NCBI GenBank assembly: GCA_964527235.1
Contig: CAZGNC010000002.1
Coordinates: 146,381-210,380 of the forward strand
DNA from: an uncultured Candidatus Saccharibacteria bacterium
GTDB lineage: Bacteria > Patescibacteriota > Minisyncoccia > Phycocordibacterales > UBA9973
Direction of reading: 5' to 3'
DNA: 64,000 bases
Shown: positions 28,576 through 38,941 of the stretch, piece after piece
Numbering within the stretch: the stretch's first letter is position 1
Layout of the letters: each line of letters begins with the position of its first letter
Made by a program: the position numbers and the translations under genes
The notes under the pieces: generated by a model
Database searches by the model: none
Told to the model about the DNA's origin: nothing
The model's input: only the letters and a program-made list of their open reading frames with translations

Positions 28576-29346
28576 ATGGCAAAGAAGAAAATAATCATTG
28601 GAAATTGGAAAATGAACCCATTGTCAACCAAGGAAGCAGATAAATTGCTTGGTGGTGTGGCAAAAAATATCCCAACACTTAAAAATACTGAAGTTGTGGT
28701 TTGTTCCCCGTTTATTTATATAGATAGACTTAAAAAAGTTTCAAAAAAAATATCCCTAGGTGCCCAAGATGCTTTCTTGGGTGATGTTGGCGCTTTCACT
28801 GGTGAAATTTCTCCAGCAATGCTCTATGAACTAGGAGCACGTTATGTAATATTGGGGCATTCTGAAAGACGGGCAATGGGGGAGACAGATGAACTCATAA
28901 ATAAAAAAGTTAAAGCTGCATTGGCTAGTAGTTTGACTCCAGTGCTGTGTGTGGGTGAGCTATTACGTGACGATACTCATGGGCATTTTGAAATTGTTAA
29001 ATCTCAAATTAAAGAATGTCTAAAGGGCATACCAAAGAATTCTATTTCTCGCGTAATTATTGCTTACGAGCCAGTTTGGGCAATATCTTCAACACCCAAT
29101 CGTAGAGATGCAACACCAGCGGACTCACTAGAAATGGCTATTTTTATTCGCAGAGTTCTCTCAGACTTGAGTAATCCTGTTGTTGCGAAAGAAACTAGAG
29201 TTATATATGGTGGTTCTGTAAATGAACGCGATGCAGGTGATTTTCTAGACAATGGGGGAGTAGATGGACTTTTAGCTGGTCGGGCGAGTTTAGACCCAAA
29301 GAAATTTTCTGAAATTGTAAAAAAATGCGAAGCATCGAAAAAATAA
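28576..29346 (+). CDS. tpiA: Triosephosphate isomerase
   Basis: 256 aa; IIGNWKMN; AYEPVWAI; GGSV. Confidence 0.9.
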   Translation: MAKKKIIIGNWKMNPLSTKEADKLLGGVAKNIPTLKNTEVVVCSPFIYIDRLKKVSKKISLGAQDAFLGDVGAFTGEISPAMLYELGARYVILGHSERRAMGETDELINKKVKAALASSLTPVLCVGELLRDDTHGHFEIVKSQIKECLKGIPKNSISRVIIAYEPVWAISSTPNRRDATPADSLEMAIFIRRVLSDLSNPVVAKETRVIYGGSVNERDAGDFLDNGGVDGLLAGRASLDPKKFSEIVKKCEASKK

Positions 29347-30389
29347 AAAATTTAAAAGGCAAAAAAGTTTTACTCCGAGTAGATTTCAACGTGCCAGTCG
29401 TGGACGGCAAGGTAGTAGACGATTTTAGAATCAAGAAATCTCTACCTACGATTAAATACCTACTCAAGCAGGGTGCAGTTGTGACGCTGGTGACTCATCT
29501 AGGCAAAGATGGATCTGAGAGTTTGGCGCCTGTGGTTGCGCGTTTCTTTGAAATATCTAAAATTCAGCAATCAAAAATCAAATTTTATGAAAATGTAAGA
29601 AAGTTTTCCGGGGAAGAGAGTAATGACTCTGAGTTTGTAAAAGAGCTTGCTAGTGAGGGGGACATTTTTGTTAATGATGCTTTCTCAGTGTCACACAGAA
29701 GTCATGCTTCAGTGGTTGGGGTTGCTAAGCTTTTACCTTCATATGCTGGCTTTCAGCTTGAGGCTGAGGTAACAAATCTTTCTAAAGCAATAAAAAAGCC
29801 GGCTCACCCATTTGTGTTTATTCTCGGTGGCGCCAAGTTCTCTACAAAGATGCCTTTAATACAAAAATACCTAAAGTCGGCGGATTTCGTCTTTGTCGGC
29901 GGGGCTTTAGCGAATGATTTCTTTAAAGCACAGGGTTACGAAGTTGGGCGTTCACTCGTCGATGATGCTAGATATGATTTAGCTAAAATTTTAAAGAATA
30001 AAAAATTAATTTTACCAGTTGATGTAGTGGTAGAAAATGGAGGTAATCTATCAAATAAAAAGTTAAACGAAATCAGTCCCGAAGATAAAATAATAGATGT
30101 CGGCAGTGAATCTATAGAAAGATTAAAACCTATAATACAGAAAGCGAAATTAGTGCTTTGGAATGGCCCGATGGGTGTGTATGAGTCTGGTGGCGATGTG
30201 TACTCTAAAAAACTTTTGAAAATAATAGCTGGAAGTAAGGCAGAAAGCATCATTGGCGGGGGAGACACTGTTGCTCTGGTCTCTGAAATGAAAATCGAGA
30301 AAAAAATATCTTTTGTATCCACCGGTGGTGGCGCTACTTTAGACTTTCTGGCGAACGGTACTTTGCCTGGGATTAAAGCTCTTGGCTAA
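29325..30389 (+). CDS. pgk: Phosphoglycerate kinase
   Basis: 354 aa; RVDFNVP; GGGA; C-terminal LPGIKAL. Confidence 0.85.
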   Translation: MRSIEKIKNLKGKKVLLRVDFNVPVVDGKVVDDFRIKKSLPTIKYLLKQGAVVTLVTHLGKDGSESLAPVVARFFEISKIQQSKIKFYENVRKFSGEESNDSEFVKELASEGDIFVNDAFSVSHRSHASVVGVAKLLPSYAGFQLEAEVTNLSKAIKKPAHPFVFILGGAKFSTKMPLIQKYLKSADFVFVGGALANDFFKAQGYEVGRSLVDDARYDLAKILKNKKLILPVDVVVENGGNLSNKKLNEISPEDKIIDVGSESIERLKPIIQKAKLVLWNGPMGVYESGGDVYSKKLLKIIAGSKAESIIGGGDTVALVSEMKIEKKISFVSTGGGATLDFLANGTLPGIKALG

Positions 30390-30831
30390 TTGCCTTTGCC
30401 ATTTCGTCTTTTTCTCCTTCTTTATATTTATCTTTACCAACCCAGACGCCGAATCCGTCGTCTTTGAATCTAGGAATTATGTGTATATGTGAGTGAAATA
30501 TGACCTGCCCAGCGCTAGCGTCGTTGTTCATTATTACGTTTATTCCATCAGCATTTCGGGCTTTTTTGATTGCCGTAGCTAGGGTTTTTGAGATTTTTAT
30601 CATGTGGACCAGTGTGTCTTCGGGGGTTTCGTGTATGTTTTCGAAGTGTTTTTTAGGTATTACTAGAGTATGACCTAGATTTACTGGGTGTATGTCTAAA
30701 AATGCTAAGATTTCGTCATTTTCATAGACTTTACTTGAGGGAAGTTCACCTCTAACTATTTTACAGAAAATGCAGTTTTCATTATTCATAATAATATTGT
30801 AGCAAACTATGTTAAAATTGCATTTATGCAA
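30373..30831 (-). CDS. HIT-family (histidine triad) nucleotide hydrolase
   Basis: 152 aa; HSHIHIIPR histidine triad. Confidence 0.8.
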   Translation of the reverse strand: MHKCNFNIVCYNIIMNNENCIFCKIVRGELPSSKVYENDEILAFLDIHPVNLGHTLVIPKKHFENIHETPEDTLVHMIKISKTLATAIKKARNADGINVIMNNDASAGQVIFHSHIHIIPRFKDDGFGVWVGKDKYKEGEKDEMAKAISQEL

Positions 30832-32475
30832 AAGTATGGAGATTTACTGCAAGAGATTTTCCTTAAAAGAGGGATTACGGATGTTGTGCAAGCTCAGGCT
30901 TTTATAGATCCAAGTTATGAGAGGGATATGCACGATCCATTCAAGATGCGAGATATGGAGAAGGCATGCGTGAGAGTCTTCGAAGCAATAGAAGGCGATG
31001 AAAAAATAGTAATTTATGCAGACTATGATTGTGACGGCATTCCCGGAGCAGTAATTTTGCAGGATTTATTTAAAAAAATAGGTTATAAAAATTTTGAAGT
31101 TTATATTCCGCAGAGAAATTCAGAGGGTTACGGTTTGAATATGTCGGCGATAAAACAGTTTGTAGAAGCGGGGGTTAAACTTTTGATAACTATCGACCTA
31201 GGTATCACTGCGGTGGATGAAGTGGCGCAGGCAGAAGTGGACGGGATAGATGTGATTATTACTGATCATCACTTACCTCATGAAATTTTACCCCGTGCAT
31301 ATGCAATTCTTAATCCTAAGGTTGATGATTATCCTGAGAAGATGCTCTGCGGGGCAGGGGTGGCGTTTAAACTTGCTCAAGGGTTTATAAAGAAATATGG
31401 TGAATACTTTAAATTAAAAGATGGGGTTGAGAAATGGATGCTCGATATGGCAGGACTCGCTACGCTCTCTGACATGGTCCCACTATTGGGTGAGAATAGG
31501 GCTATCGCTCACTTCGGGCTCAAGGTGTTGCGTAAATCTCCACGACCAGGGTTGCAGAAGCTTCTCAAGAAAATGAGCATAGATCAGAGATATCTAACCG
31601 AAGACGATGTGGGGTTTATGATTACCCCTAGACTCAACGCTGCTTCACGTATGGATAACCCAATGCGAGCCTTCGAACTTCTCTCGACAGAGGATGAAAT
31701 AGAAGGTGATGCACTCGCAACCCACCTGTCTAAGATAAATGACGATCGCAAGACAATAGTTACTAGCATAATGCGTGATGTGAATAAGAAATTTGAAACA
31801 CGAGAGATGCGAGAGGTTGTTGTGGTGGGTAATCCATCGTGGCGGGTGGGAGTTCTAGGATTGGTGGCGGGTAAAATTTCAGATTTATACAGCAAGCCTG
31901 TGTTTGTGTGGGGCAAAGACGAAAATGATTGTATTAAAGGTTCTTGTCGCTCTGATGGCTCAGTCTCAGTGGTAGAGCTTATGACTGATGCTAGTGAATT
32001 CTTCGTTGATTTTGGCGGACATGAGTTGGCGGGAGGGTTTACTGTGCATAGTGATAAGATTCATTTTCTCGAAGAAGCTCTGTCGAGTTCTTATAGTAAG
32101 GTGAAAAAAGATAAAGCTGAAAGTGATGTGGCTTGTGATGTTAAAACTGCTCTTAGTGTGGTTAGCATGAAGAACTGGCGAGAGCTAGAGAAGTTAGCGC
32201 CATTTGGTTTTGGTAATCCCAAGCCAGTTTTTCTTTTCGAGAATGTGAAAATAGAGAAACTGAAAAAGTTCGGCAAGAATGGTTCAGGGGAGCATCTGGA
32301 AATAATTTTCTCTGATGCAAGCCAACGGGTGCCAGCTATTTCGTTTTTCTCTAATCAAGATTCATTTCAGAAGCCCCTAGCTGAGGGTCTATCGGCGAAT
32401 CTGCTGGCAACTTTTGACCTATCGAGATTTAGAGGCAGGGAGGAGCTAAGGCTTCGAGTTGTTGATATAATGTAA
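30826..32475 (+). CDS. recJ: RecJ-like DHH-family single-stranded-DNA exonuclease
   Basis: 549 aa; DHH motifs (YADYDCDG, ITDHH); DHHA1 domain. Confidence 0.8.
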   Translation: MQKYGDLLQEIFLKRGITDVVQAQAFIDPSYERDMHDPFKMRDMEKACVRVFEAIEGDEKIVIYADYDCDGIPGAVILQDLFKKIGYKNFEVYIPQRNSEGYGLNMSAIKQFVEAGVKLLITIDLGITAVDEVAQAEVDGIDVIITDHHLPHEILPRAYAILNPKVDDYPEKMLCGAGVAFKLAQGFIKKYGEYFKLKDGVEKWMLDMAGLATLSDMVPLLGENRAIAHFGLKVLRKSPRPGLQKLLKKMSIDQRYLTEDDVGFMITPRLNAASRMDNPMRAFELLSTEDEIEGDALATHLSKINDDRKTIVTSIMRDVNKKFETREMREVVVVGNPSWRVGVLGLVAGKISDLYSKPVFVWGKDENDCIKGSCRSDGSVSVVELMTDASEFFVDFGGHELAGGFTVHSDKIHFLEEALSSSYSKVKKDKAESDVACDVKTALSVVSMKNWRELEKLAPFGFGNPKPVFLFENVKIEKLKKFGKNGSGEHLEIIFSDASQRVPAISFFSNQDSFQKPLAEGLSANLLATFDLSRFRGREELRLRVVDIM

Positions 32476-32479
32476 ATCT

Positions 32480-32944
32480 ATGCAGAAAGATAAAATAATA
32501 ATTTACACAGACGGCGCAGCTAGGGGGAACCCTGGTAAGGCAGGCTGGGGGGTAGCAGTGCTTAAAGATGGCAAGGAGCTCTTTGAAGCTGGGGGGCGAA
32601 GTGAGCACGCGACCAATAATCAGATGGAACTAACTGCTGCGATAGAAGCGTTGAAATATTTAAAAAATCATAAAATTAATGAGGCTGTAATTTTTGCCGA
32701 TTCTAAATATGTGATTCTAGGCATAACGGAGTGGATTTTCGGCTGGCAGAAAAACAATTGGCGCAATGCGGCCAAGAAGCCAGTGGTAAATCGTGAACTT
32801 TGGGAAGAGTTGTATGATTTGGCAAAAGACTTAAATTTAAAGTGGGAATACGTCGAAGGGCACAGTGGCGATAAATGGAACGACCGGGTTGACCTTATCG
32901 CTACGAGCTTCGCCGACAATGAGCCAGTCGAGCTAAAGAAATAA
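32480..32944 (+). CDS. rnhA: Ribonuclease HI
   Basis: 154 aa; IYTDGAARGNPG; NNQMEL; DEDD carboxylates. Confidence 0.85.
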   Translation: MQKDKIIIYTDGAARGNPGKAGWGVAVLKDGKELFEAGGRSEHATNNQMELTAAIEALKYLKNHKINEAVIFADSKYVILGITEWIFGWQKNNWRNAAKKPVVNRELWEELYDLAKDLNLKWEYVEGHSGDKWNDRVDLIATSFADNEPVELKK

Positions 32945-32948
32945 ATTT

Positions 32949-33506
32949 ATGGAAGGCCCAATTAACAGACAAGAGAACCTAGACATAAAAGTAAGGATTG
33001 CAGGGCCTGAGGATTGGCAATCTTATCGCGATTTAATTTTAGAAGCCATAGATAGCCCAGACCAAGAAATGTTTAACTTAACACCCGGAGAAGAAGAGTC
33101 AGAACAGAGAAAAAAAGAAGATAAAGAAAAAACTGAAGAAAAATGGAGAGCAGAGGTTTCAGATACAAATGAAAGATTCGTTGTTTTGTCTTTTGTTAAA
33201 GAAGAAGGTGTCGGTATGGGGGTTGCTATGAGATACGCTGTAGAGGATGAAAAAGATACATGGAAGATTAGTTTTGGCTATGTAAAGAACAAATTTAGAA
33301 ATTTAGGAATTCAAAAAAAGATTATTGAAGCTAGGTTAGATGAGATAAAGAAAAGAGGTGGCAAGAAAGTTGTTGTGCTAGTAAAGGCTCATAATGCGGC
33401 ATCGATCGGTAATTTAGAAAAATTTGGGTTTGGAAAGGTAAGGCCCACTAGGTTAAAGTCTGATGGTAGCCCCATTGGGTATGTTATGGTATTAGAACTA
33501 AGTTAA
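32949..33506 (+). CDS. GNAT-family N-acetyltransferase
   Basis: 185 aa; acetyl-CoA-binding R-x-x-G-x-G/A-like motif (RNLGIQKK); Glu/Lys-rich insert. Confidence 0.5.
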   Translation: MEGPINRQENLDIKVRIAGPEDWQSYRDLILEAIDSPDQEMFNLTPGEEESEQRKKEDKEKTEEKWRAEVSDTNERFVVLSFVKEEGVGMGVAMRYAVEDEKDTWKISFGYVKNKFRNLGIQKKIIEARLDEIKKRGGKKVVVLVKAHNAASIGNLEKFGFGKVRPTRLKSDGSPIGYVMVLELS

Positions 33507-33512
33507 GTTTTC

Positions 33513-34988
33513 ATGAGGGATAAAATTTTCTATTCATCTTGTTTCGGCTTTGTGTTTGGGGTGCTTTTGGGTTCTTTCTTCTATTTAGATATATTTATTG
33601 TTTTGCTGATTGCCTTGTTGGTCTTGGCTTCGGCTTTTTTTATAAAAAATAAATTAGGCATACTTAGCAGTATTTTTATCATTGCCTTTGCCGTTGGAAT
33701 TTTTAGATTTCATTTGGCAGACAGACATGCATCTCAATTTTTTGAATCGCGTGTAGAGGAGAAGGCAGAGTATGTTGGGGATATTGTAGATGAGCCTGAT
33801 AAGAGAGTAGATAATCAGAAAATAGTTGTCGCTGTGGGGAGTGGTGATGAGGGGGCAAAAGTTCTAGTAACTACGGATTTTGATTTAAATTTTCATTATG
33901 GCGACCAGGTGAGTATTTCTGGTAAATTAGTGAAGCCTGAGAACTTCACTACTGATCAAGGGAAAGATTTTGACTATATAAATTATTTACGCAAAGATGA
34001 GATAGAGTATGTGATGTTCTATCCAAAGTTAGAAATTCTTGCATCTGGTGGTGGGAATTTTATAAAAAGAAATTTATTTTCCCTGAAAGGGAAATTTGTC
34101 GAGAAAATAAATTCTGCAATCCCGAACCCAGAATCTACTTTGATGGGTGGGCTTATTTTAGGGGAGAGGTCTGCGTTCGATGATGATCTGAGGCAGGCTT
34201 TTGTCGATACTGGGACTATACATATAGTGGCGCTCTCGGGTTACAACGTCACGATAGTGGCTGAGTGGATAATGAAGATGTTTGCTTTTCTACCCAAGAA
34301 CTGGGCTTTTGGTTCGGGGATAATAGGCATTTTGCTTTTTGTGATGATGTCAGGTGCGTCTTCTACGGCGGTGCGGGCGGGGATTATGGCATCTCTCGCT
34401 TTAGTGGCTCGTGCCACTGGACGTACTTATGATGTTGCTAGGATATTGGTTTTGACTGGAGTGGTTATGATTTTATTTAATCCTTTCATATTAGTTTTCG
34501 ATGTTTCTTTTCAGCTTTCGTTTATCGCGACTGTTGCTGTGATATTTCTAGCGCCCAAGATTGAGAAGTATTTTGCTTGGGTGCCAAAGAAGTTTGGTCT
34601 TCGTGATGTGGTGGCTGTTACGTTCTCTGCTTATATCTTTGTTTTGCCTTTCATTCTTTACAAAATGGGTAATCTTTCTCTGGTAGCACTTCCAGCCAAT
34701 ATTTTGATACTACCTTTTATCCCTGTTACTATGCTATTTGGTTTCTTAACTGGAGTTGCTGGCTTCGTCTCTCAGATAGTATCAGTGCCACTAGGTATGA
34801 TATCTTCAGTTTTACTAAAGTATGAGCTACTAGTTGTAGGATTTTTCTCAAGTATTCCTTTCGCGTCTTTAGTAATTCCCAATTTTCCGCTTGTGCTGAC
34901 GCTAGCAATTTATGCCTATTTCGTTTATAGGTTGTTCGGTAGAAGTATAAAAAGTTTCTTTGAGTTTAAAACTACTGAGCCTGCTTAA
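33513..34988 (+). CDS. comEC: ComEC/Rec2 competence channel, N-terminal DUF4131 plus competence domain (split gene, part 1)
   Basis: 491 aa; polytopic; signature MGGLILGERSAF...DTGTIHIVALSGYNVT. Confidence 0.75.
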   Translation: MRDKIFYSSCFGFVFGVLLGSFFYLDIFIVLLIALLVLASAFFIKNKLGILSSIFIIAFAVGIFRFHLADRHASQFFESRVEEKAEYVGDIVDEPDKRVDNQKIVVAVGSGDEGAKVLVTTDFDLNFHYGDQVSISGKLVKPENFTTDQGKDFDYINYLRKDEIEYVMFYPKLEILASGGGNFIKRNLFSLKGKFVEKINSAIPNPESTLMGGLILGERSAFDDDLRQAFVDTGTIHIVALSGYNVTIVAEWIMKMFAFLPKNWAFGSGIIGILLFVMMSGASSTAVRAGIMASLALVARATGRTYDVARILVLTGVVMILFNPFILVFDVSFQLSFIATVAVIFLAPKIEKYFAWVPKKFGLRDVVAVTFSAYIFVLPFILYKMGNLSLVALPANILILPFIPVTMLFGFLTGVAGFVSQIVSVPLGMISSVLLKYELLVVGFFSSIPFASLVIPNFPLVLTLAIYAYFVYRLFGRSIKSFFEFKTTEPA

Positions 34989-35613
34989 AGTTCTCTTCTA
35001 CTACTTCCCAGTTTAGATTTGCGAAGAATGCTTCTACGTATTTCTTCTTCTCTGAGGTTGGGTAGTCATATACATATGCGTGTTCCCACATGTCGAGCGC
35101 GATGATTGGCGTGCATCCTTGGAGCTGACCTAGGTGTTGTTCGTCTACCCAAGAAGCCAAGAATCTTCCACCATCTCTTTTGTCATACCAGAGCATTGCC
35201 CAACCTATTCCTCGAGTTAGGGCCAAATAAGTAAACTCGGAAATAAATTTCTCCATTGAGCCAAACAGACCCACAAGGCTCTTTTTAAGTTCACTATCAT
35301 CTCCTAGAGGTTTTGCTCCACCAGATAGAGAAGAGAAATATAATTCATGGTTGCGGATACCGTTATACTCGAAACTAAATCTTCGAAATAATTCTCCAAC
35401 GATGTAGGGCTCTTTATCGCTATCAAGTACTGCCATCTTCTCCATTATGCCGTTCGCATTTTTCACATACCCCGCATAGAGCTTTAGATGTTCTTCGATG
35501 TTCTTCGCAGAGATACCTTTTAATTCTCCTATATTGAATTTTTTCTCTTCAAATTTTTTCATTTCTATTTTGTATGACCTAATAATGTTAATGTAGTGGT
35601 CATGTGATAACAT
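34972..35613 (-). CDS. sodA: Fe/Mn superoxide dismutase
   Basis: DMWEHAYVYDY matches the D-x-W-E-H-[STA]-[FY]-Y signature. The true start is probably MKKFEEKKF (about 35562). Overlaps the comEC part-1 stop by 17 nt. Confidence 0.8.
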   Translation of the reverse strand: MLSHDHYINIIRSYKIEMKKFEEKKFNIGELKGISAKNIEEHLKLYAGYVKNANGIMEKMAVLDSDKEPYIVGELFRRFSFEYNGIRNHELYFSSLSGGAKPLGDDSELKKSLVGLFGSMEKFISEFTYLALTRGIGWAMLWYDKRDGGRFLASWVDEQHLGQLQGCTPIIALDMWEHAYVYDYPTSEKKKYVEAFFANLNWEVVEENFKQAQ

Positions 35614-35619
35614 TATACC

Positions 35620-36492
35620 ATGCTTTCTACTGCTAAGAACTATGGATTATTTTGGCTCGCGATCATACTTCTCTGCCTGGTTGGTTTGATTTTCTACCTT
35701 GATTTTACTGAGGCTCATCGCAAGTTTACCTTCGCGATGCTTGATGTCGGGCAGGGTGATGCTTTGTTCATCGAGTCGCCCACAGGTACGCAGATTCTCG
35801 TCGATGGAGGCCCGCCTCGTAGGATACTTGGGCGCCTAGCTCGCGTTATGCCACTTTTTGATCGGACTATTGATGCAATTATTATTACCAACCCCGACCG
35901 AGATCACATGGGTGGGTTCTTGGATGTTTTGAAAACTTATAAAGTAAAGCAAGTTATTGAGCCGGGAACTTCTAATGATGACTCTGCTATCTATCGAGAA
36001 TTAAAAGAGGTGATATCTAAGAAAAATATTCCAACCACTTTAGCGAAAAAGGGCATGCAGATGGACCTAGGTGGGGGAGTATTTCTAGATATATTGTTTC
36101 CTGATAGAGATGTATCTACTTGGACAACCAATGACGGCTCGATTGTCGCGAGACTTTCATACGGCGAGACCTCGATAATGCTTACCGGGGATACTACAGC
36201 TGACACTGAGGAAATAATTCTTAGAGAAAACTCGAAAGCAGTTTTAGATAGCGATATTTTGAAAGTCGCTCATCATGGGTCTAAGACTTCTTCGTCAAAG
36301 TCTTTTGTCGAAGCTGTTTCACCTCAATATGCATTAATTTCAGACGGCAAGAATAATACTTACGGGCATCCTCATCAGCAAACTCTCGATACATTGAGTT
36401 CTCTGGGTGTAGAGGTGTGGAGGACGGATATTTTAGGCACTGTTATTATGAAATCTGATGGGCAAAATGTCACTTTTACGACCCGCAGGTAA
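35620..36492 (+). CDS. comEC: ComEC C-terminal metallo-beta-lactamase domain protein (split gene, part 2)
   Basis: 290 aa; own N-terminal TM; MLDVGQGDALFIE...VDGG; HHGS. Confidence 0.75.
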   Translation: MLSTAKNYGLFWLAIILLCLVGLIFYLDFTEAHRKFTFAMLDVGQGDALFIESPTGTQILVDGGPPRRILGRLARVMPLFDRTIDAIIITNPDRDHMGGFLDVLKTYKVKQVIEPGTSNDDSAIYRELKEVISKKNIPTTLAKKGMQMDLGGGVFLDILFPDRDVSTWTTNDGSIVARLSYGETSIMLTGDTTADTEEIILRENSKAVLDSDILKVAHHGSKTSSSKSFVEAVSPQYALISDGKNNTYGHPHQQTLDTLSSLGVEVWRTDILGTVIMKSDGQNVTFTTRR

Positions 36493-36521
36493 TTGGTTTT
36501 TGTTTGTGATAAAATACTAAT

Positions 36522-37766
36522 ATGAAAGATAAAAAGATAGAAAAATTAATAAAGGGCGAAGCATTGAGGCAGAAGGAAGGGCTTGAATTAATCCCTTCAG
36601 AAAACTATGTCTCGGCAGATGTGTTGGAAGCTAATGGTTCTATTTTTACTAACAAATACTCAGAGGGCTACCCAGGTCGTCGTTACTACGGTGGGCAAGA
36701 ATGGACTGATCAAGTCGAGACTCTGGCTATAGAGCGCGCGAAGAAACTTTTTAAATGTAAATTTGCTAATGTTCAGGCGCATTCTGGTGCTCCGGCAAAT
36801 CTCGCAGTCTACGCTGCACTTCTACAACCTGGAGATACTGTGCTCGGCATGGATCTCTCTCACGGCGGACACTTGACTCATGGACACCCGATGACCCTAC
36901 CTGCGAAGATATATAAATTCGTAACTTACAAAATGAAAAATCCGGAAACAGGTGAAATAGATTACGAAGATATGCGACGCGTGGCGCTAGAGACCAAACC
37001 AAAATTAATTATTGCAGGATTCTCAGCTTATCCGAGAACGCTTAACTATAAAAAGTTCGTAGATATTGCGAAAGAGGTAGGAGCGATAACTATGGCAGAC
37101 ATGGCGCACATCGCTGGGCTTATCGCAGCGGGAGCGCTACGCAATCCATTTGATGATGGCTTTGATATTATAACTTCGACAACCCACAAGACTCTACGTG
37201 GCCCACGCGGGGGACTAATACTTACTCGCGACAACGAAGAGATTGCAAAGAAGATAGATAAAACAATTTTCCCAGGAATTCAGGGTGGCCCACATATGCA
37301 CACCATCGCCGCGAAAGCTGTGGCCTTCGGCGAAGCTATGACACCAGGATACAAAAAGTATGCCAAGCAAATACTGAAAAATGCGAAAGCGATGGAGAAA
37401 GTATTTCATAAAAACAATGTGCGCATGATTGGTGGGGGAACTGACAACCACCTTATTTTGGCTGATGTTTTCGGGTCTCTCGGTGTGACTGGTAAAGAAG
37501 CCCAGACAGTGCTTGATGAAGTAGGTATGACACTTAATATGAACTCTATCGCAGGGGACACTCGTAAGCCTATGGACCCATCTGGTATTCGTTTCGGTAC
37601 TCCGGCTATAACTACGAGAGGATTCAAAGAGAAAGACTGCGCGCAGGTAGCAGAGCTTATAATCCGTACTCTAAAGAACAAAGACAACAAAAAAGAAAAA
37701 GAATTAATTCACAAAGAGATCAAGAAGCTGGCTAAAAGATTCCCTATTCCTAAGAAGTTCGTATAG
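36522..37766 (+). CDS. glyA: Serine hydroxymethyltransferase
   Basis: 414 aa; PLP site TTHKTLRGPRGG. Confidence 0.95.
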   Translation: MKDKKIEKLIKGEALRQKEGLELIPSENYVSADVLEANGSIFTNKYSEGYPGRRYYGGQEWTDQVETLAIERAKKLFKCKFANVQAHSGAPANLAVYAALLQPGDTVLGMDLSHGGHLTHGHPMTLPAKIYKFVTYKMKNPETGEIDYEDMRRVALETKPKLIIAGFSAYPRTLNYKKFVDIAKEVGAITMADMAHIAGLIAAGALRNPFDDGFDIITSTTHKTLRGPRGGLILTRDNEEIAKKIDKTIFPGIQGGPHMHTIAAKAVAFGEAMTPGYKKYAKQILKNAKAMEKVFHKNNVRMIGGGTDNHLILADVFGSLGVTGKEAQTVLDEVGMTLNMNSIAGDTRKPMDPSGIRFGTPAITTRGFKEKDCAQVAELIIRTLKNKDNKKEKELIHKEIKKLAKRFPIPKKFV

Positions 37767-37772
37767 AAATTT

Positions 37773-38507
37773 ATGCTACAAGGAAAAACTATTCTAATTA
37801 CTGGTTCTTCTCGTGGGATCGGGGCAGAAACCGCTAGACTCGCGAAAGGTTATGGTGCTACTGTGATAGTGCATGGTAAGGAGCCATCTCCTGAACTAGA
37901 TGCAATTGCACAAGAACTTGGTGCTGAGAAAATAATTTGTGATATCGGAGATCGCGAGGCTGTATTTCGGGAAGTTAATAAATTGCTTGAAAAAAATATT
38001 CAGATACATTGCCTTGCAAACGTAGCTGGAGCTGCCAACTCTATGCCATTCATGGATACTAAAGAAGAGGACTGGCTATTTTCTTACAAGACAAATGTAT
38101 TAGGTGTGGTGTACATGTGCCAAGCGACAATTCCTTCTATGCAAAAGCATGGCTACGGAAGAATTGTGAATGTAAGTTCTGTAAGAGCGCACACACAAGG
38201 TACACTTTCTTCTCGATTACCGTATTCGTCTTCTAAGGCGGCCGTATTAAATATCACCGCAGCTTTGGCTAAGGAATATGCGAAAGATGGAATACTTATA
38301 AATTCAGTTTCACCCGCGGGAGTAAATACAGATATTGCGAAAAAATGGGATGAAGCTACTCGAAAAAGAAATTCAGATGTATTGCTTGGGCGCATCGCAG
38401 AGCCGAAAGAAATAGCAGAAGTTATTTGTTTTTTCTTGAGCGACAAGGCGAGTTATGCAACTGGGCAGGATTTTGCCATTGATGGTGGCTATTTAATAGG
38501 GAAGTAG
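37773..38507 (+). CDS. SDR-family short-chain dehydrogenase/reductase
   Basis: 244 aa; TGSSRGIGAE Rossmann motif; Y..xK. Confidence 0.8.
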   Translation: MLQGKTILITGSSRGIGAETARLAKGYGATVIVHGKEPSPELDAIAQELGAEKIICDIGDREAVFREVNKLLEKNIQIHCLANVAGAANSMPFMDTKEEDWLFSYKTNVLGVVYMCQATIPSMQKHGYGRIVNVSSVRAHTQGTLSSRLPYSSSKAAVLNITAALAKEYAKDGILINSVSPAGVNTDIAKKWDEATRKRNSDVLLGRIAEPKEIAEVICFFLSDKASYATGQDFAIDGGYLIGK

Positions 38508-38520
38508 ATAAATAACATCT

Positions 38521-38940
38521 ATGGAGCAGAAACCAAAAGTCGGTGTTGGAGTAATGATCTTGAGAGACGGCAAGGTTCTGCTTGGTAGACGCAAGGGTTC
38601 TCATGGGAGCGGGGATTACGCTTTTACTGGAGGTCACCTAGAGTATATGGAGTCATTTGAAGAGTGTGCCAAGCGCGAGACGCGCGAGGAGGCGGGTATA
38701 GAGATAAAGAATGTGCGTTTTAATTGTATTTCAAACATAACTTCACACAAGCCCAAACACTATGTGCACATAGGGGTGGTGGCGGATTGGGCGAGTGGCG
38801 AGCCGAAGGTTATGGAGCCAGACAAACGTGAGGACTGGGGTTGGTATGATTTAGACAATTTACCAACACCGCTTTTTGATTTTTGTATTTTCGAAATCGA
38901 GGCTTATAAGACAGGGCAGAGGTATTTTGATAAAAAATAA
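38521..38940 (+). CDS. NUDIX hydrolase
   Basis: 139 aa; Nudix box GGHLEYMESFEECAKRETREEAGI. Confidence 0.7.
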   Translation: MEQKPKVGVGVMILRDGKVLLGRRKGSHGSGDYAFTGGHLEYMESFEECAKRETREEAGIEIKNVRFNCISNITSHKPKHYVHIGVVADWASGEPKVMEPDKREDWGWYDLDNLPTPLFDFCIFEIEAYKTGQRYFDKK

Positions 38941-38941
38941 T

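Noticed and set aside
38876-38941. ORF-track start of the second NUDIX at 38876, overlapping the first NUDIX by 65 nt
   Set aside because: The conserved domain begins at MELQVG (38942), immediately after the upstream stop. The extension encodes a low-complexity peptide.
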